The notes under the pieces are model-generated. The model was not told the origin of the DNA, did no database searches, and saw only the letters and a list, made by a program, of their open reading frames with translations. From positions 115,051 to 179,050 of the forward strand of contig CAWJAN010000001.1 of assembly GCA_963840885.1 (NCBI GenBank): a stretch of 64,000 nt of DNA. The letters are read 5' to 3'. A program made the position numbers and the translations under genes. Shown in pieces: positions 19,051-28,093 of this stretch (within the stretch, counting starts at the first letter, position 1; each line of letters starts with the position of its first letter). The DNA is from an uncultured bacterium (GTDB lineage: Bacteria; Patescibacteriota; Minisyncoccia; Phycocordibacterales; GWA1-40-21).

Positions 19051-20385
19051 TTATCCGGTCCAATAATATGCCATTATGGAAAAGTCTACGAGATCGATCT
19101 TTCCGTCTCCGTTCAGTTCTGTTTTTTCTATCTTACTGAAAGCATCGCTTAAAGTATTTTTATACCAATACGATCCTATGGAAAAATCTACGAGATTTAC
19201 TTTACAATCCCCGTTTAAATCTCCCTTTATGGGACATTTTATGACGGGCAATGCGGCGACATTCTGGTCTCCGACCAAAAATGATACGGTCTGGCTGAAA
19301 TCGGATATCGATTGATCTGATGCCGAAGCTTTTGATTTTGTCATGTGCGTTCCCAGATCGACTTGCGAAGTGTCGAAATTATAAAGATATATTCCATTTT
19401 TATCTGAAGATGTGGTGGCAAAAATCTCTTGCGGAGAATGAACGGATATTATTATATTCGCATCATCGGCAGATTGCCCGAAAATCGCTATATTGTCCCC
19501 TTGTTTCACTTCGCTTTTATCCACGGCTATTGTTGGAGCTATAAAAATTCCGCTGACATTTGTGGTTGCTCCGTAAGTAACGCTTACCGGAAATGTCAGG
19601 CTTGTTGACCTGTTTCCCTGATAATCTTCCGAATAGACGCTGAAGAAATAATTCCCTCCTGAAATTCCGTTCAATGTTATTTGGAAATTGGAATCCGTGC
19701 CGGCAACAGTAGAAGCCGCAACTTGCGCATCCTTCAGCAAAGTTACTGTGCTTTGAGGATAGGCTCTTCCAGAAAATACAACTGATGTTGCGCCGCCTCC
19801 TCCGCCTCCTCCTCCGCCCCCGCCTCCTCCGCCTGCAGGCGGCGGCGCAGCAGGCGTGGAAGAAACTTGCGTTGATGTAGCTATTATATTTCCGAATGCG
19901 TCTTCGACTCTTATTACAAAATAATACGCCGTTCCGTTCGATAATCCGGTCTTTACATAAGAAAGGACGTTTCCCAAAGATGGGCCGAAAGTATAGGGGC
20001 CTCCGGATAGGGTGGAAACGCCTACGTCATAACCGGATGCTGTCCAGCCTAAAATGCCTGTGGCTGATGTCCACAACAAAGTTACTTGGGAATCGCCAGC
20101 TGTTGCCGATACTGCAGGAGTGCTTACAAAAGGAAAATATAAAAATCCCGAGTTTATTTTAAAATCCGTGGCGGTACTCGTGCCTATTCCGATTTGTCCT
20201 AGAGTGCTTATAAGGGTATAGCTTGTCGACGAAGAGAGTCCGCCGCCGTTTGATTCCACTGGATCCAGTATTTTATAATCGACGGAGGAATATTCCGCTG
20301 CGAAAAGATTTCTGCCTGTAAAAATAGCGGCAAACAAAAAAAATAATATTGCCGACAGCCTTATTTTTTTGTGCAACTTGTTCAT
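19051..20385 (-). CDS. Secreted FN3/Ig protein with C-terminal dockerin-like domain
   Basis: FN3 motif GLSNGTAYYFVIR; poly-Gly linker; duplicated Ca-binding motifs GDLNGDCKVNLVDFSI and ELNGDGKIDLVDFSIM. Confidence 0.78.
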   Translation of the reverse strand: MNKLHKKIRLSAILFFLFAAIFTGRNLFAAEYSSVDYKILDPVESNGGGLSSSTSYTLISTLGQIGIGTSTATDFKINSGFLYFPFVSTPAVSATAGDSQVTLLWTSATGILGWTASGYDVGVSTLSGGPYTFGPSLGNVLSYVKTGLSNGTAYYFVIRVEDAFGNIIATSTQVSSTPAAPPPAGGGGGGGGGGGGGGATSVVFSGRAYPQSTVTLLKDAQVAASTVAGTDSNFQITLNGISGGNYFFSVYSEDYQGNRSTSLTFPVSVTYGATTNVSGIFIAPTIAVDKSEVKQGDNIAIFGQSADDANIIISVHSPQEIFATTSSDKNGIYLYNFDTSQVDLGTHMTKSKASASDQSISDFSQTVSFLVGDQNVAALPVIKCPIKGDLNGDCKVNLVDFSIGSYWYKNTLSDAFSKIEKTELNGDGKIDLVDFSIMAYYWTG

Positions 20386-20410
20386 ATCCTTAAAAATCTG
20401 CCGCGAAAAA

Positions 20411-20824
20411 TTAATTGCCCTTTGGTGTTGCAGCTGTTGCCGTAGTGGTGGAAATTTCGCTTGTATCTATAGGAGCTATTTCAACCACTTTATCTTCGCT
20501 TGGGTCAAATAATATGGCCTTCTGGGCTTTTATATAAATGAGTATCTTGTCGCCGACTTTAGCATTCTCGAAAAACGGCTGGCCTTTGAGCGCATTCGTA
20601 TCGGTTACTGTGGCTATGGTAGGAGTTTCATCTGTAGGCAAAACAACGAGCTTGCTAACCGATGATACTAGCTGATTTATCTCATTCTGTGCGGCCTGGT
20701 CAGATGTTTTTGGAACTTGCGCAAGCTTGATACATAAGAAGACTATAACTGCGAGCGATAAGAAAAACAGAAACCAAGGAATCATTATCTGATATTTGCT
20801 TTTGAGTTTTATTTGAGGGAACAT
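20411..20824 (-). CDS. Single-pass membrane hypothetical protein
   Basis: TM helix followed by LPTDETPTIATVTD...FFENAKVGDKILIY. Confidence 0.7.
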   Translation of the reverse strand: MFPQIKLKSKYQIMIPWFLFFLSLAVIVFLCIKLAQVPKTSDQAAQNEINQLVSSVSKLVVLPTDETPTIATVTDTNALKGQPFFENAKVGDKILIYIKAQKAILFDPSEDKVVEIAPIDTSEISTTTATAATPKGN

Positions 20825-20867
20825 CTTTAATTTTAATATTTTTATTACTTTCTATTATATTAGCTTT

Positions 20868-23800
20868 TTAAAAGACTGCGGTAAATACCTTTTTTATAAA
20901 ATCCCAAATATAATCCGTGAACTGGCCTGAGATGGCGGCTGTCGCCAGCATAAATATACTGTCTCCTTTTATAAGGCCTACATCTCCGCCTCCTCCTCCC
21001 TCATTTTGAGTCGTTGTCGATGTGGTAGTGGCTGTTGATGATGATTGCTCCGTGCCTGAACCTCCTCCAAAATTTCCGCCGGACTGAGAGCCGTTCGGCG
21101 CATTGCCTGATTCTACATTTGAGCCGCCTCTCGGCTTGATAATAACTGGGGCAGCAACAGAAATCTGCGGCTGTACCGTATATGTGAATTTAGACGCATC
21201 GCCGGCATTTGTCACCCTGAAGCAATAATTTGATCCAGTTACGACATTGCTTGTGGAGCGTACCGAATACTCGAGCTCGGTAAACTGGCTATTGGTTAAT
21301 GTTATTGCGGGAGTCTGATTGCTTGAAGTCTTAACATAACCTGGCACGAATGTCTTATTTGCCGGATCGGCAATGCCTGCGGAATCAGTTGTCAGAGAAT
21401 TATCGGCTACATTGCTCGACCAATCCATTGTCCATGGACCGGTAGAAGTTGAAGATGGCACGGCAGTCCAGGTAGAGCAGGAATCGCTTGGCGATGCGTA
21501 TTCCAGGCGGTACTGATAATTTGTGGCCGTATTGCTCCCTGTATTTGAAATCTGCACTCTCAATCTATCGCGGTCTCCTATTACAACGCCGGACGTCAAA
21601 GCCGTGTTTGTAGCGGCGGCATAGCTTGCATTTACTTCATTGCTATCATCTAATCTCCAGCGGTAATTCAGCTGCGTCAGAGCTGCAGTTCCGTTGCCCC
21701 AGCTGACTTCCCAATCATTAAGGTTTGGCGTACCGCCTCCGAGATCTGAAAGCGTAGCTTTAAGATATAGCGTTGCATTATTTCCTGTAGTCGAGATATC
21801 CGAAAGGTCTATAGAGCATGAGCTTGCGCCATTTTGTATAGTGCAGGTTTTTCCGCTTATGGCAGATTGCGTCGAATCAAGAACCTGTACAATGATGTTC
21901 GAATTAAGAGTAGTCGTGGCATCAACTGCAACTCCACCCCATGATGCAACGCCTGGAACAAAATTAAATTTTATTGCCGGAGAAATTATCGTTCCCTGAG
22001 ATCCTGCGGCTGCAGTCGAAGTCGGAGCCGAAGCGCCGTTTAATCCTACACCGAAAACATCAAAGCTTGCACCAGTTCCATCATTGTGAAAATCAAATAT
22101 TCCTATCCATCCGGCAGCGGTAATGAGACTTGATGTGGCTGTTAAATCCCATGTTGCAGGTTCAGGATTGGAATCCAGCCATGTTTTATAGCTAAAATTA
22201 GTTCCTTCAAAACTGGCTCTTGCATCATACCAAGTATTTGTTGACGGTGTGAATAAAGATGAAGAAAGAGTGGTAAATGAGTTAGAACTAAAGTAACCGA
22301 TTTGTTCTCCGTTTGATGGCTGATTAAAACCTGATCTTAGCGTGGTAATAGCTCCTGACGTAGCTCCACTGGCTCGATCAAGAACATCGGCATCATCATT
22401 TGTTGACGGAACCTTATATCTGAAAAATATCTCGGCATCAGGAGAAACATTATCCAATAAATTCCAAGATAAAGCTCTTCTCAAACTTGAATTTGCTCCG
22501 CCTACCTGAAGAACTTTGCTTCCAGTTGCTGTGACATCACTTTGCACAAGCCAAGAAGAAGTGGCTTCGCTATCGTATCGTTTTGTCCAATCGCTCGGCG
22601 CGCTTCCTGTAGCATATCCGGAAAAATCCGTGAAATATGTCGAGACGGTATGAGAACCCAATATTAAAGATTCTGATCCCGTAGCCATCAGAGTTTGCGG
22701 ATCGGAAATGCTGTTATAAAATGTTGCCGGCGAATTCTGGTCGTTATATTCCGTGGCAATCCAGCCCGAAGAAAGGGCGGTATTAGAAATCTGGACTTCG
22801 TCCAGCAAGCCGCTGTTAAAAAAGCTGCTTCCTCCTCGCGACATAAGATATACCGGAACATTGCCGAAGTTATTGGTATTGTCGGTATTTGTAGGATACG
22901 AAGTTGGCGTTTGTAGCGTTCCGTCTATATACAATGCTACTTCATTGACAGCTTGGCTCTTATCAAACACTGCAACATACTGGTGCCAAGCTCCTGCACT
23001 CGGCCTCGTATAGCATGCTTGGTTATATCCGACATCTCCTAATATAGAAATCTGAACATATCCTGAACACGGAGCGGAGCTATTCGGATCAATGAAATAA
23101 CCGGTTGTATAAAGATTGGAGTTAGTCGTTCCCTCTATAGCCATCTGATCTCCGGTTCCAAACGAACTCTGATTCAACCAAAGCGAAACAGTTATGGCAT
23201 TCGTCGCGCTAGAATCTACGGCTGGTGCAGAAACGGAATTGCTTGTTCCATTGAAATTCAAGCTTCCATCAATCTTTCCGGGGACTTGGGCACTGGAAAG
23301 CATGGATCCGATAGATGTTCCGTTGTTAGCGTTTGAGGTGCTGTCCTTCATCTGAGGAGCAACCCCGGCAGGATTTTCTTCCAAATGCCATACTGCCCTA
23401 TAATTTGAGTTCCAAGTGCTGGTGCTATTTTCTTGGTCAGGAGCGGTGCTCGAGCCGTAGTACATATATATCTGGGTATCAGCAGATGACGAAAGAGACG
23501 GAATATTGACCCAGGCATTAAGGGCTCCGGTACTGCTTGAATATGATTCTCGCTGGTATGGAAGAGTGGTGGTGCCGTTTGATGATGTGAAAACTATGTC
23601 ATTGCCGCTTGACTCTGCGTGAGAAGCGAGATCTGAATCGGTCAAACTGATAAGGGCTGGAAAATTCGCATACGAAGCGCTGTTGCTGCTCACTTTCGTA
23701 TGATCGATAGTGATAAGCTTTCGGTATGGAAAACTCGTATTGTACCAATTAGTTGATGAAACGGCGGACGAACCAGTGGCTTGCGTGCTGCTCAAAGTTC

Positions 23801-26800
23801 CGGTATTGAATTGCGCGCTTGATGTCTGGAACCAATCAGGATTTCCTGTAGGAGATGATGAGGCATATGTGAATGTCCAAGTCCCTGATGACCAGCTCCC
23901 ATAAGTGCCTCCTCCGTCATTAGAAGCTCTTGCGCGGACATAATATGTTTCCCCATCCGTTGTAGACAGAGCAGGCGAAAGGCTTGCGGCTGAAAGATTA
24001 TAAGCGGTGCCTGAAGTATATGTTCCTGAAAAAGTTTCCCTGTGAGCCGTTCCGGTGAAATCAGATACGTCATTGAGTTCAATCTGAAAACTGTTGGAGC
24101 TTATGGAACTTGTGGCTGATACTCTGAAAATCGGCGTGGTCGTAGCCTGCCTTATATTATTGAAAGCGATTTGGTTTGAACCTCCATCATCATTATAAAA
24201 CACAGGGGCATTAGGAGCTGTCACAGTCTTATAAGCAACTGTCCAGTCATTAAGAGTGGCTCCGGATGTGATGGAAGCTTTCAAGCAAATGGTTGAATAA
24301 GTCGAGGTGCTGAGCCCGGAAAGATTTATTGGGCTGCTTGCAAAACCCGTGCTGTTTCCCGAGAGATCGCCGTCTGGAATTATTGTGCTGCAGCTAGCTC
24401 CATAATAGACCTGCATGGATACGGTTCCTGAAGTTGCGGTTTTTGACCATGATGCAGAATCCCAGCTCGTCGCGCCTGGTACGAAACTATAATTTATCGG
24501 GGATGACATAATGGAACCAGAACTGGAAGGATTAATTAAAACGGTTGCAGCATCGGGAGAGGTTGCTGAACCAGAAAGGGTCCAAGTATTTGATATGCCG
24601 GTCGATGTATCGGTCGTTAAAGCATTTCGTGAAGCTGCATAAGTTGCGTGATACTGCGGCCTTGCTGTTTGGTCTTCAGTCCAGCCTCCGCTGACGCTGC
24701 TGAGTGTCAGACCGCCGGCTGAGCCATCATCTGTTTCCATGCTCGACAAAGCCAAGGTGCCGATGACGCTTGGAGTAACCGTCGGTGAAGTTTGCGTGCC
24801 AGTATTTGAACTGCTTTGGTTTATGGGAGTAACCGAATTTTCACCTTGAATTTCATACAATACGCCAGACTGCCATTCAACTGTCCCGCTAATCGGAAAG
24901 GTATATCCTGTCCCGTCTCCTCCTTGAACTATTTTCCACCAAACAGTAAGCTGTGCGGTGCCGTTTGTTTGATCTTGAATCTTAGTCCAGGTTCCATCCG
25001 GAGCCGATGTGGTTCTGTCCAGCGAATAATCGGAATTTCCGACAAACGCGACCAAAAGATCTCCGACAGCCGGCTGCAAACTTAATGTAAACGGAACTGA
25101 TGTCCCTGTTACAGCTGGTTCCCATTTTGTACTCTGGACTATTCCTAATGTCTGGCTGCTTGATACTCCGACTGAACCAGAACCTGTTGTTGTTGCAGAA
25201 GATAAAGTTCCTGTATTAAACTGCGCATCCGTAGTCTGAAACCATGCCGGACTGCCGCTTGATTCATAAGTGAAAGATTGCGTCGATGTCGACCAGTTGG
25301 AATAATTTGATCCGTCTGCCGATGCCCTTGCCCTTACATAATATGTGATTCCGTTTGTCGTAGGCAAGCTTGGCGACAAGCTTGACGCCAATAAATTGTA
25401 TACCGTGCCTGAAGCGTATGTGCTTGAAAAAGTCTGGGAATATGTAGTTCCGCTGAAATTAGTGGTGGTGCTGAGCTGTAATTGGAAATTCGTGAAATTC
25501 GTAGGGCTTGTAGCCGAAACCCTGAACAAAGGAGTGGTCGTGCTTTGTATTATATTGTTGAATGCGATTTGGTTTGTTCCGTCACTGTTTGAAAAAGTCG
25601 GGGTGTTTGGTTTTATAATGGCAGAAGAATAAGTTACCGTCCAATCGTTAAGAGTGGCTCCGGATGTGATGGAAGCTTTCAAGCAAATGGTTGAATAAGT
25701 CGAGGTGCTGAGCCCGGAAAGATTTATTGGGCTGCTTGCAAAACCCGTGCTGTTTCCCGAGAGATCGCCGTCTGGAATTATTGTGCTGCAGCTAGCTCCA
25801 TAATAGACTTGCATGGATACGGTTCCTGAAGTTTCTGTTTCCGACCATGTAGCCTGGCTCCATATTACCGAGCCGGGAACGAAACTGAAATTTATCGGGG
25901 ATGACATTATCGTTCCGGTTGAAGATGTGGAATATGGATATTTGACTATTACGATTCCTGAGCCTCCGGCGCCTCCGGTGTCGCTTGATCCGGAACCATT
26001 TTGTCCAGCTCCTCCTCCTCCGCCTCCTGTATTAACAGTTCCCGCTGTTCCGCTTTGGCCGGTATTGCCTCCGGCTCCTCCTCCGCCAGCTCCTCCTGCT
26101 CCGGCATTTCCAGTTCCTGTGCCCAAATGCTGAAGTCCTCCGCCTCCGCCTCCGCCATAAGTAACAGAAGAACCTGAAATAGAAGTTGTGTAGCCGTCTC
26201 CGCCTTTTCCTGCCTGAGTGGCAACTCCATTAGCACCAACTTGCGTTGCTCCTCCTCCGCCTCCGGCGGCAAAAGTTCCGTTCGTTCCGTCTCCGCTGTC
26301 ATAGCCGTTTCCTCCGGAATTTCCTTGCCCTGCCGTTCCGGCTTTACCGGAATCACCGGCATTGTGATATCCTCCTCCGCCGGAACCGCCGGCAGTCGCA
26401 GTTGAACCTTGTTGTCCGCCTCTGCCTCCGCCTATAGCCGTCAATGTTCCAAAAACAGAATTGCTGCCGGCAGTATTTGCCGCTCCTCCGCCTCCTATAG
26501 TAACCGTGTATGACTGCGGAGTTACCGCGTAAGAAGAATTATAAATGACTCCTCCGGCTCCTCCTCCGCCTCCGGTTCTGTCGGGATCATTTCCTCCTCC
26601 GCCTCCGCCGGCAACAACCAGCGCCTCGATATTTCCTGAACCGGATGTGACTTGGAATGTTCCGCTTGAAGTAAAAGAATGATAGCGATAGCCGCCTGTT
26701 GTGGTTATCGTGCCTCCGGTAGCGCTCATGAGAGGAAGCAAAATCACCTGATCGGAGCTTGCGACTGTTCCGGTTAATGTATCCGTATTGAATTGGGCAT

Positions 26801-28052
26801 TAGCTGTCTGAAACCATGCCGGACTGCCGGATGATTCGTAAGTAAAAGTCTGGGTCGATGTAGACCAGCTGCCGTAAGTCGTTCCCCCGTCGGCTGAAGC
26901 GCGGGCACGTACGTAATAGGTCGCGCCATTCGTTGTCGGAAGGCTCGGCGAAAGGCTTGTTGCGGAAAGATTGTATACGGTGCCGGATGCATAGCTACTC
27001 GAATACGTTTCCGTATAAGCGGTGCCGCTGAAATCCGATGCGGTGTTCATCTCGATCTGGAAGCGGTTGAAAGCAGCCGAACTCGTAGCCGATACCCGGA
27101 AGATCGGCGTGGTCGTGCTTTGCATTATATTATTGAAAGCTATCTGGTTGGTGCCATCGGAATCGGAAAAAGATGGTGAGCCAGGAGGAGAAAGCCGGCT
27201 GATTACTATGCCTGTCTGAGATTTTAAACATGTTCCGCTCCATGTTGTTCCTCCGTCTTCTGTTGTATTTGAAGATGATGTTGCGAAAACTCCGACCGCA
27301 TATCTCCATGCAGCGCTTGTGCCTGATGCACCGGTAACTTGAGTTACTGCAGATGTCCAATTTGTTCCGATGCTACTGATGGTTCTCGCCGTACCGCTTC
27401 CGGTTCTTAATCCGTTTGTTATTTTAATGGCTAAATTTCCGGCGTTTACATTAAGATTCGGACTAAAAACTATTGGGCTTGTGCCTGTTGTTGTAAGCTG
27501 GTTAACGTTTTGCGAATCAGCGATTGGGTTTGATGTATCGACTCCGCTGTATACCGCTTTAAATACGCTCGTATAGTAGTCGGTTCCGCCGCTCATAGAA
27601 ATTGCCAAAGTTTTTGCGGTGCCATCCATGACCGCATTATCGGTCAGATAATATATATATGTATGCTGTTGTGCAGAAGATCCGGCGTCCCCCGCGGCAA
27701 GTGTCATTGCAACTCCTCCGTAAGTAACACTTGTCATTGTTTGCGTTCCGGCTGTCGATCTTGATGATGCTATTGCCACTACCAAAAGCCTGTTCGAACT
27801 TGTCGTCGATACAGCAAAAGATGCGGCTGTTGCTCCAGGATATGCAGTGGCTCCATAAACAGAAGCCCAGGCATCAAGCGTTGCCACTTCCGCGTTTGCA
27901 TAATTCGGACTTGCAGGGAAATTCAACAAGCTCAAAAAACCCTGTCCGGAAAAGCCGATCGGATATTGGAATACCCAGCTGAAAATCAAAACAAAAATAA
28001 AAGCCGATTTAAACGTTTTCCTTATTATTTTGTTTATGAGTTTAAGCTTCAT
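20868..28052 (-). CDS. Giant secreted surface protein (2394 aa) with glycine-rich, DUF2341-like and LamG-like domains
   Basis: Signal/TM N-terminus; three internal scaffold repeats; YRKLITIDHTKV...WVNIPSLS (DUF2341-like); LamG pattern WHQYVAVF...LDEVQIS. Confidence 0.85.
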   Translation of the reverse strand: MKLKLINKIIRKTFKSAFIFVLIFSWVFQYPIGFSGQGFLSLLNFPASPNYANAEVATLDAWASVYGATAYPGATAASFAVSTTSSNRLLVVAIASSRSTAGTQTMTSVTYGGVAMTLAAGDAGSSAQQHTYIYYLTDNAVMDGTAKTLAISMSGGTDYYTSVFKAVYSGVDTSNPIADSQNVNQLTTTGTSPIVFSPNLNVNAGNLAIKITNGLRTGSGTARTISSIGTNWTSAVTQVTGASGTSAAWRYAVGVFATSSSNTTEDGGTTWSGTCLKSQTGIVISRLSPPGSPSFSDSDGTNQIAFNNIMQSTTTPIFRVSATSSAAFNRFQIEMNTASDFSGTAYTETYSSSYASGTVYNLSATSLSPSLPTTNGATYYVRARASADGGTTYGSWSTSTQTFTYESSGSPAWFQTANAQFNTDTLTGTVASSDQVILLPLMSATGGTITTTGGYRYHSFTSSGTFQVTSGSGNIEALVVAGGGGGGNDPDRTGGGGGAGGVIYNSSYAVTPQSYTVTIGGGGAANTAGSNSVFGTLTAIGGGRGGQQGSTATAGGSGGGGYHNAGDSGKAGTAGQGNSGGNGYDSGDGTNGTFAAGGGGGATQVGANGVATQAGKGGDGYTTSISGSSVTYGGGGGGGLQHLGTGTGNAGAGGAGGGGAGGNTGQSGTAGTVNTGGGGGGAGQNGSGSSDTGGAGGSGIVIVKYPYSTSSTGTIMSSPINFSFVPGSVIWSQATWSETETSGTVSMQVYYGASCSTIIPDGDLSGNSTGFASSPINLSGLSTSTYSTICLKASITSGATLNDWTVTYSSAIIKPNTPTFSNSDGTNQIAFNNIIQSTTTPLFRVSATSPTNFTNFQLQLSTTTNFSGTTYSQTFSSTYASGTVYNLLASSLSPSLPTTNGITYYVRARASADGSNYSNWSTSTQSFTYESSGSPAWFQTTDAQFNTGTLSSATTTGSGSVGVSSSQTLGIVQSTKWEPAVTGTSVPFTLSLQPAVGDLLVAFVGNSDYSLDRTTSAPDGTWTKIQDQTNGTAQLTVWWKIVQGGDGTGYTFPISGTVEWQSGVLYEIQGENSVTPINQSSSNTGTQTSPTVTPSVIGTLALSSMETDDGSAGGLTLSSVSGGWTEDQTARPQYHATYAASRNALTTDTSTGISNTWTLSGSATSPDAATVLINPSSSGSIMSSPINYSFVPGATSWDSASWSKTATSGTVSMQVYYGASCSTIIPDGDLSGNSTGFASSPINLSGLSTSTYSTICLKASITSGATLNDWTVAYKTVTAPNAPVFYNDDGGSNQIAFNNIRQATTTPIFRVSATSSISSNSFQIELNDVSDFTGTAHRETFSGTYTSGTAYNLSAASLSPALSTTDGETYYVRARASNDGGGTYGSWSSGTWTFTYASSSPTGNPDWFQTSSAQFNTGTLSSTQATGSSAVSSTNWYNTSFPYRKLITIDHTKVSSNSASYANFPALISLTDSDLASHAESSGNDIVFTSSNGTTTLPYQRESYSSSTGALNAWVNIPSLSSSADTQIYMYYGSSTAPDQENSTSTWNSNYRAVWHLEENPAGVAPQMKDSTSNANNGTSIGSMLSSAQVPGKIDGSLNFNGTSNSVSAPAVDSSATNAITVSLWLNQSSFGTGDQMAIEGTTNSNLYTTGYFIDPNSSAPCSGYVQISILGDVGYNQACYTRPSAGAWHQYVAVFDKSQAVNEVALYIDGTLQTPTSYPTNTDNTNNFGNVPVYLMSRGGSSFFNSGLLDEVQISNTALSSGWIATEYNDQNSPATFYNSISDPQTLMATGSESLILGSHTVSTYFTDFSGYATGSAPSDWTKRYDSEATSSWLVQSDVTATGSKVLQVGGANSSLRRALSWNLLDNVSPDAEIFFRYKVPSTNDDADVLDRASGATSGAITTLRSGFNQPSNGEQIGYFSSNSFTTLSSSLFTPSTNTWYDARASFEGTNFSYKTWLDSNPEPATWDLTATSSLITAAGWIGIFDFHNDGTGASFDVFGVGLNGASAPTSTAAAGSQGTIISPAIKFNFVPGVASWGGVAVDATTTLNSNIIVQVLDSTQSAISGKTCTIQNGASSCSIDLSDISTTGNNATLYLKATLSDLGGGTPNLNDWEVSWGNGTAALTQLNYRWRLDDSNEVNASYAAATNTALTSGVVIGDRDRLRVQISNTGSNTATNYQYRLEYASPSDSCSTWTAVPSSTSTGPWTMDWSSNVADNSLTTDSAGIADPANKTFVPGYVKTSSNQTPAITLTNSQFTELEYSVRSTSNVVTGSNYCFRVTNAGDASKFTYTVQPQISVAAPVIIKPRGGSNVESGNAPNGSQSGGNFGGGSGTEQSSSTATTTSTTTQNEGGGGGDVGLIKGDSIFMLATAAISGQFTDYIWDFIKKVFTAVF

Positions 28053-28093
28053 TTTTATGCTTAAATTATATCAATGGCGATTGATATTGTCTA

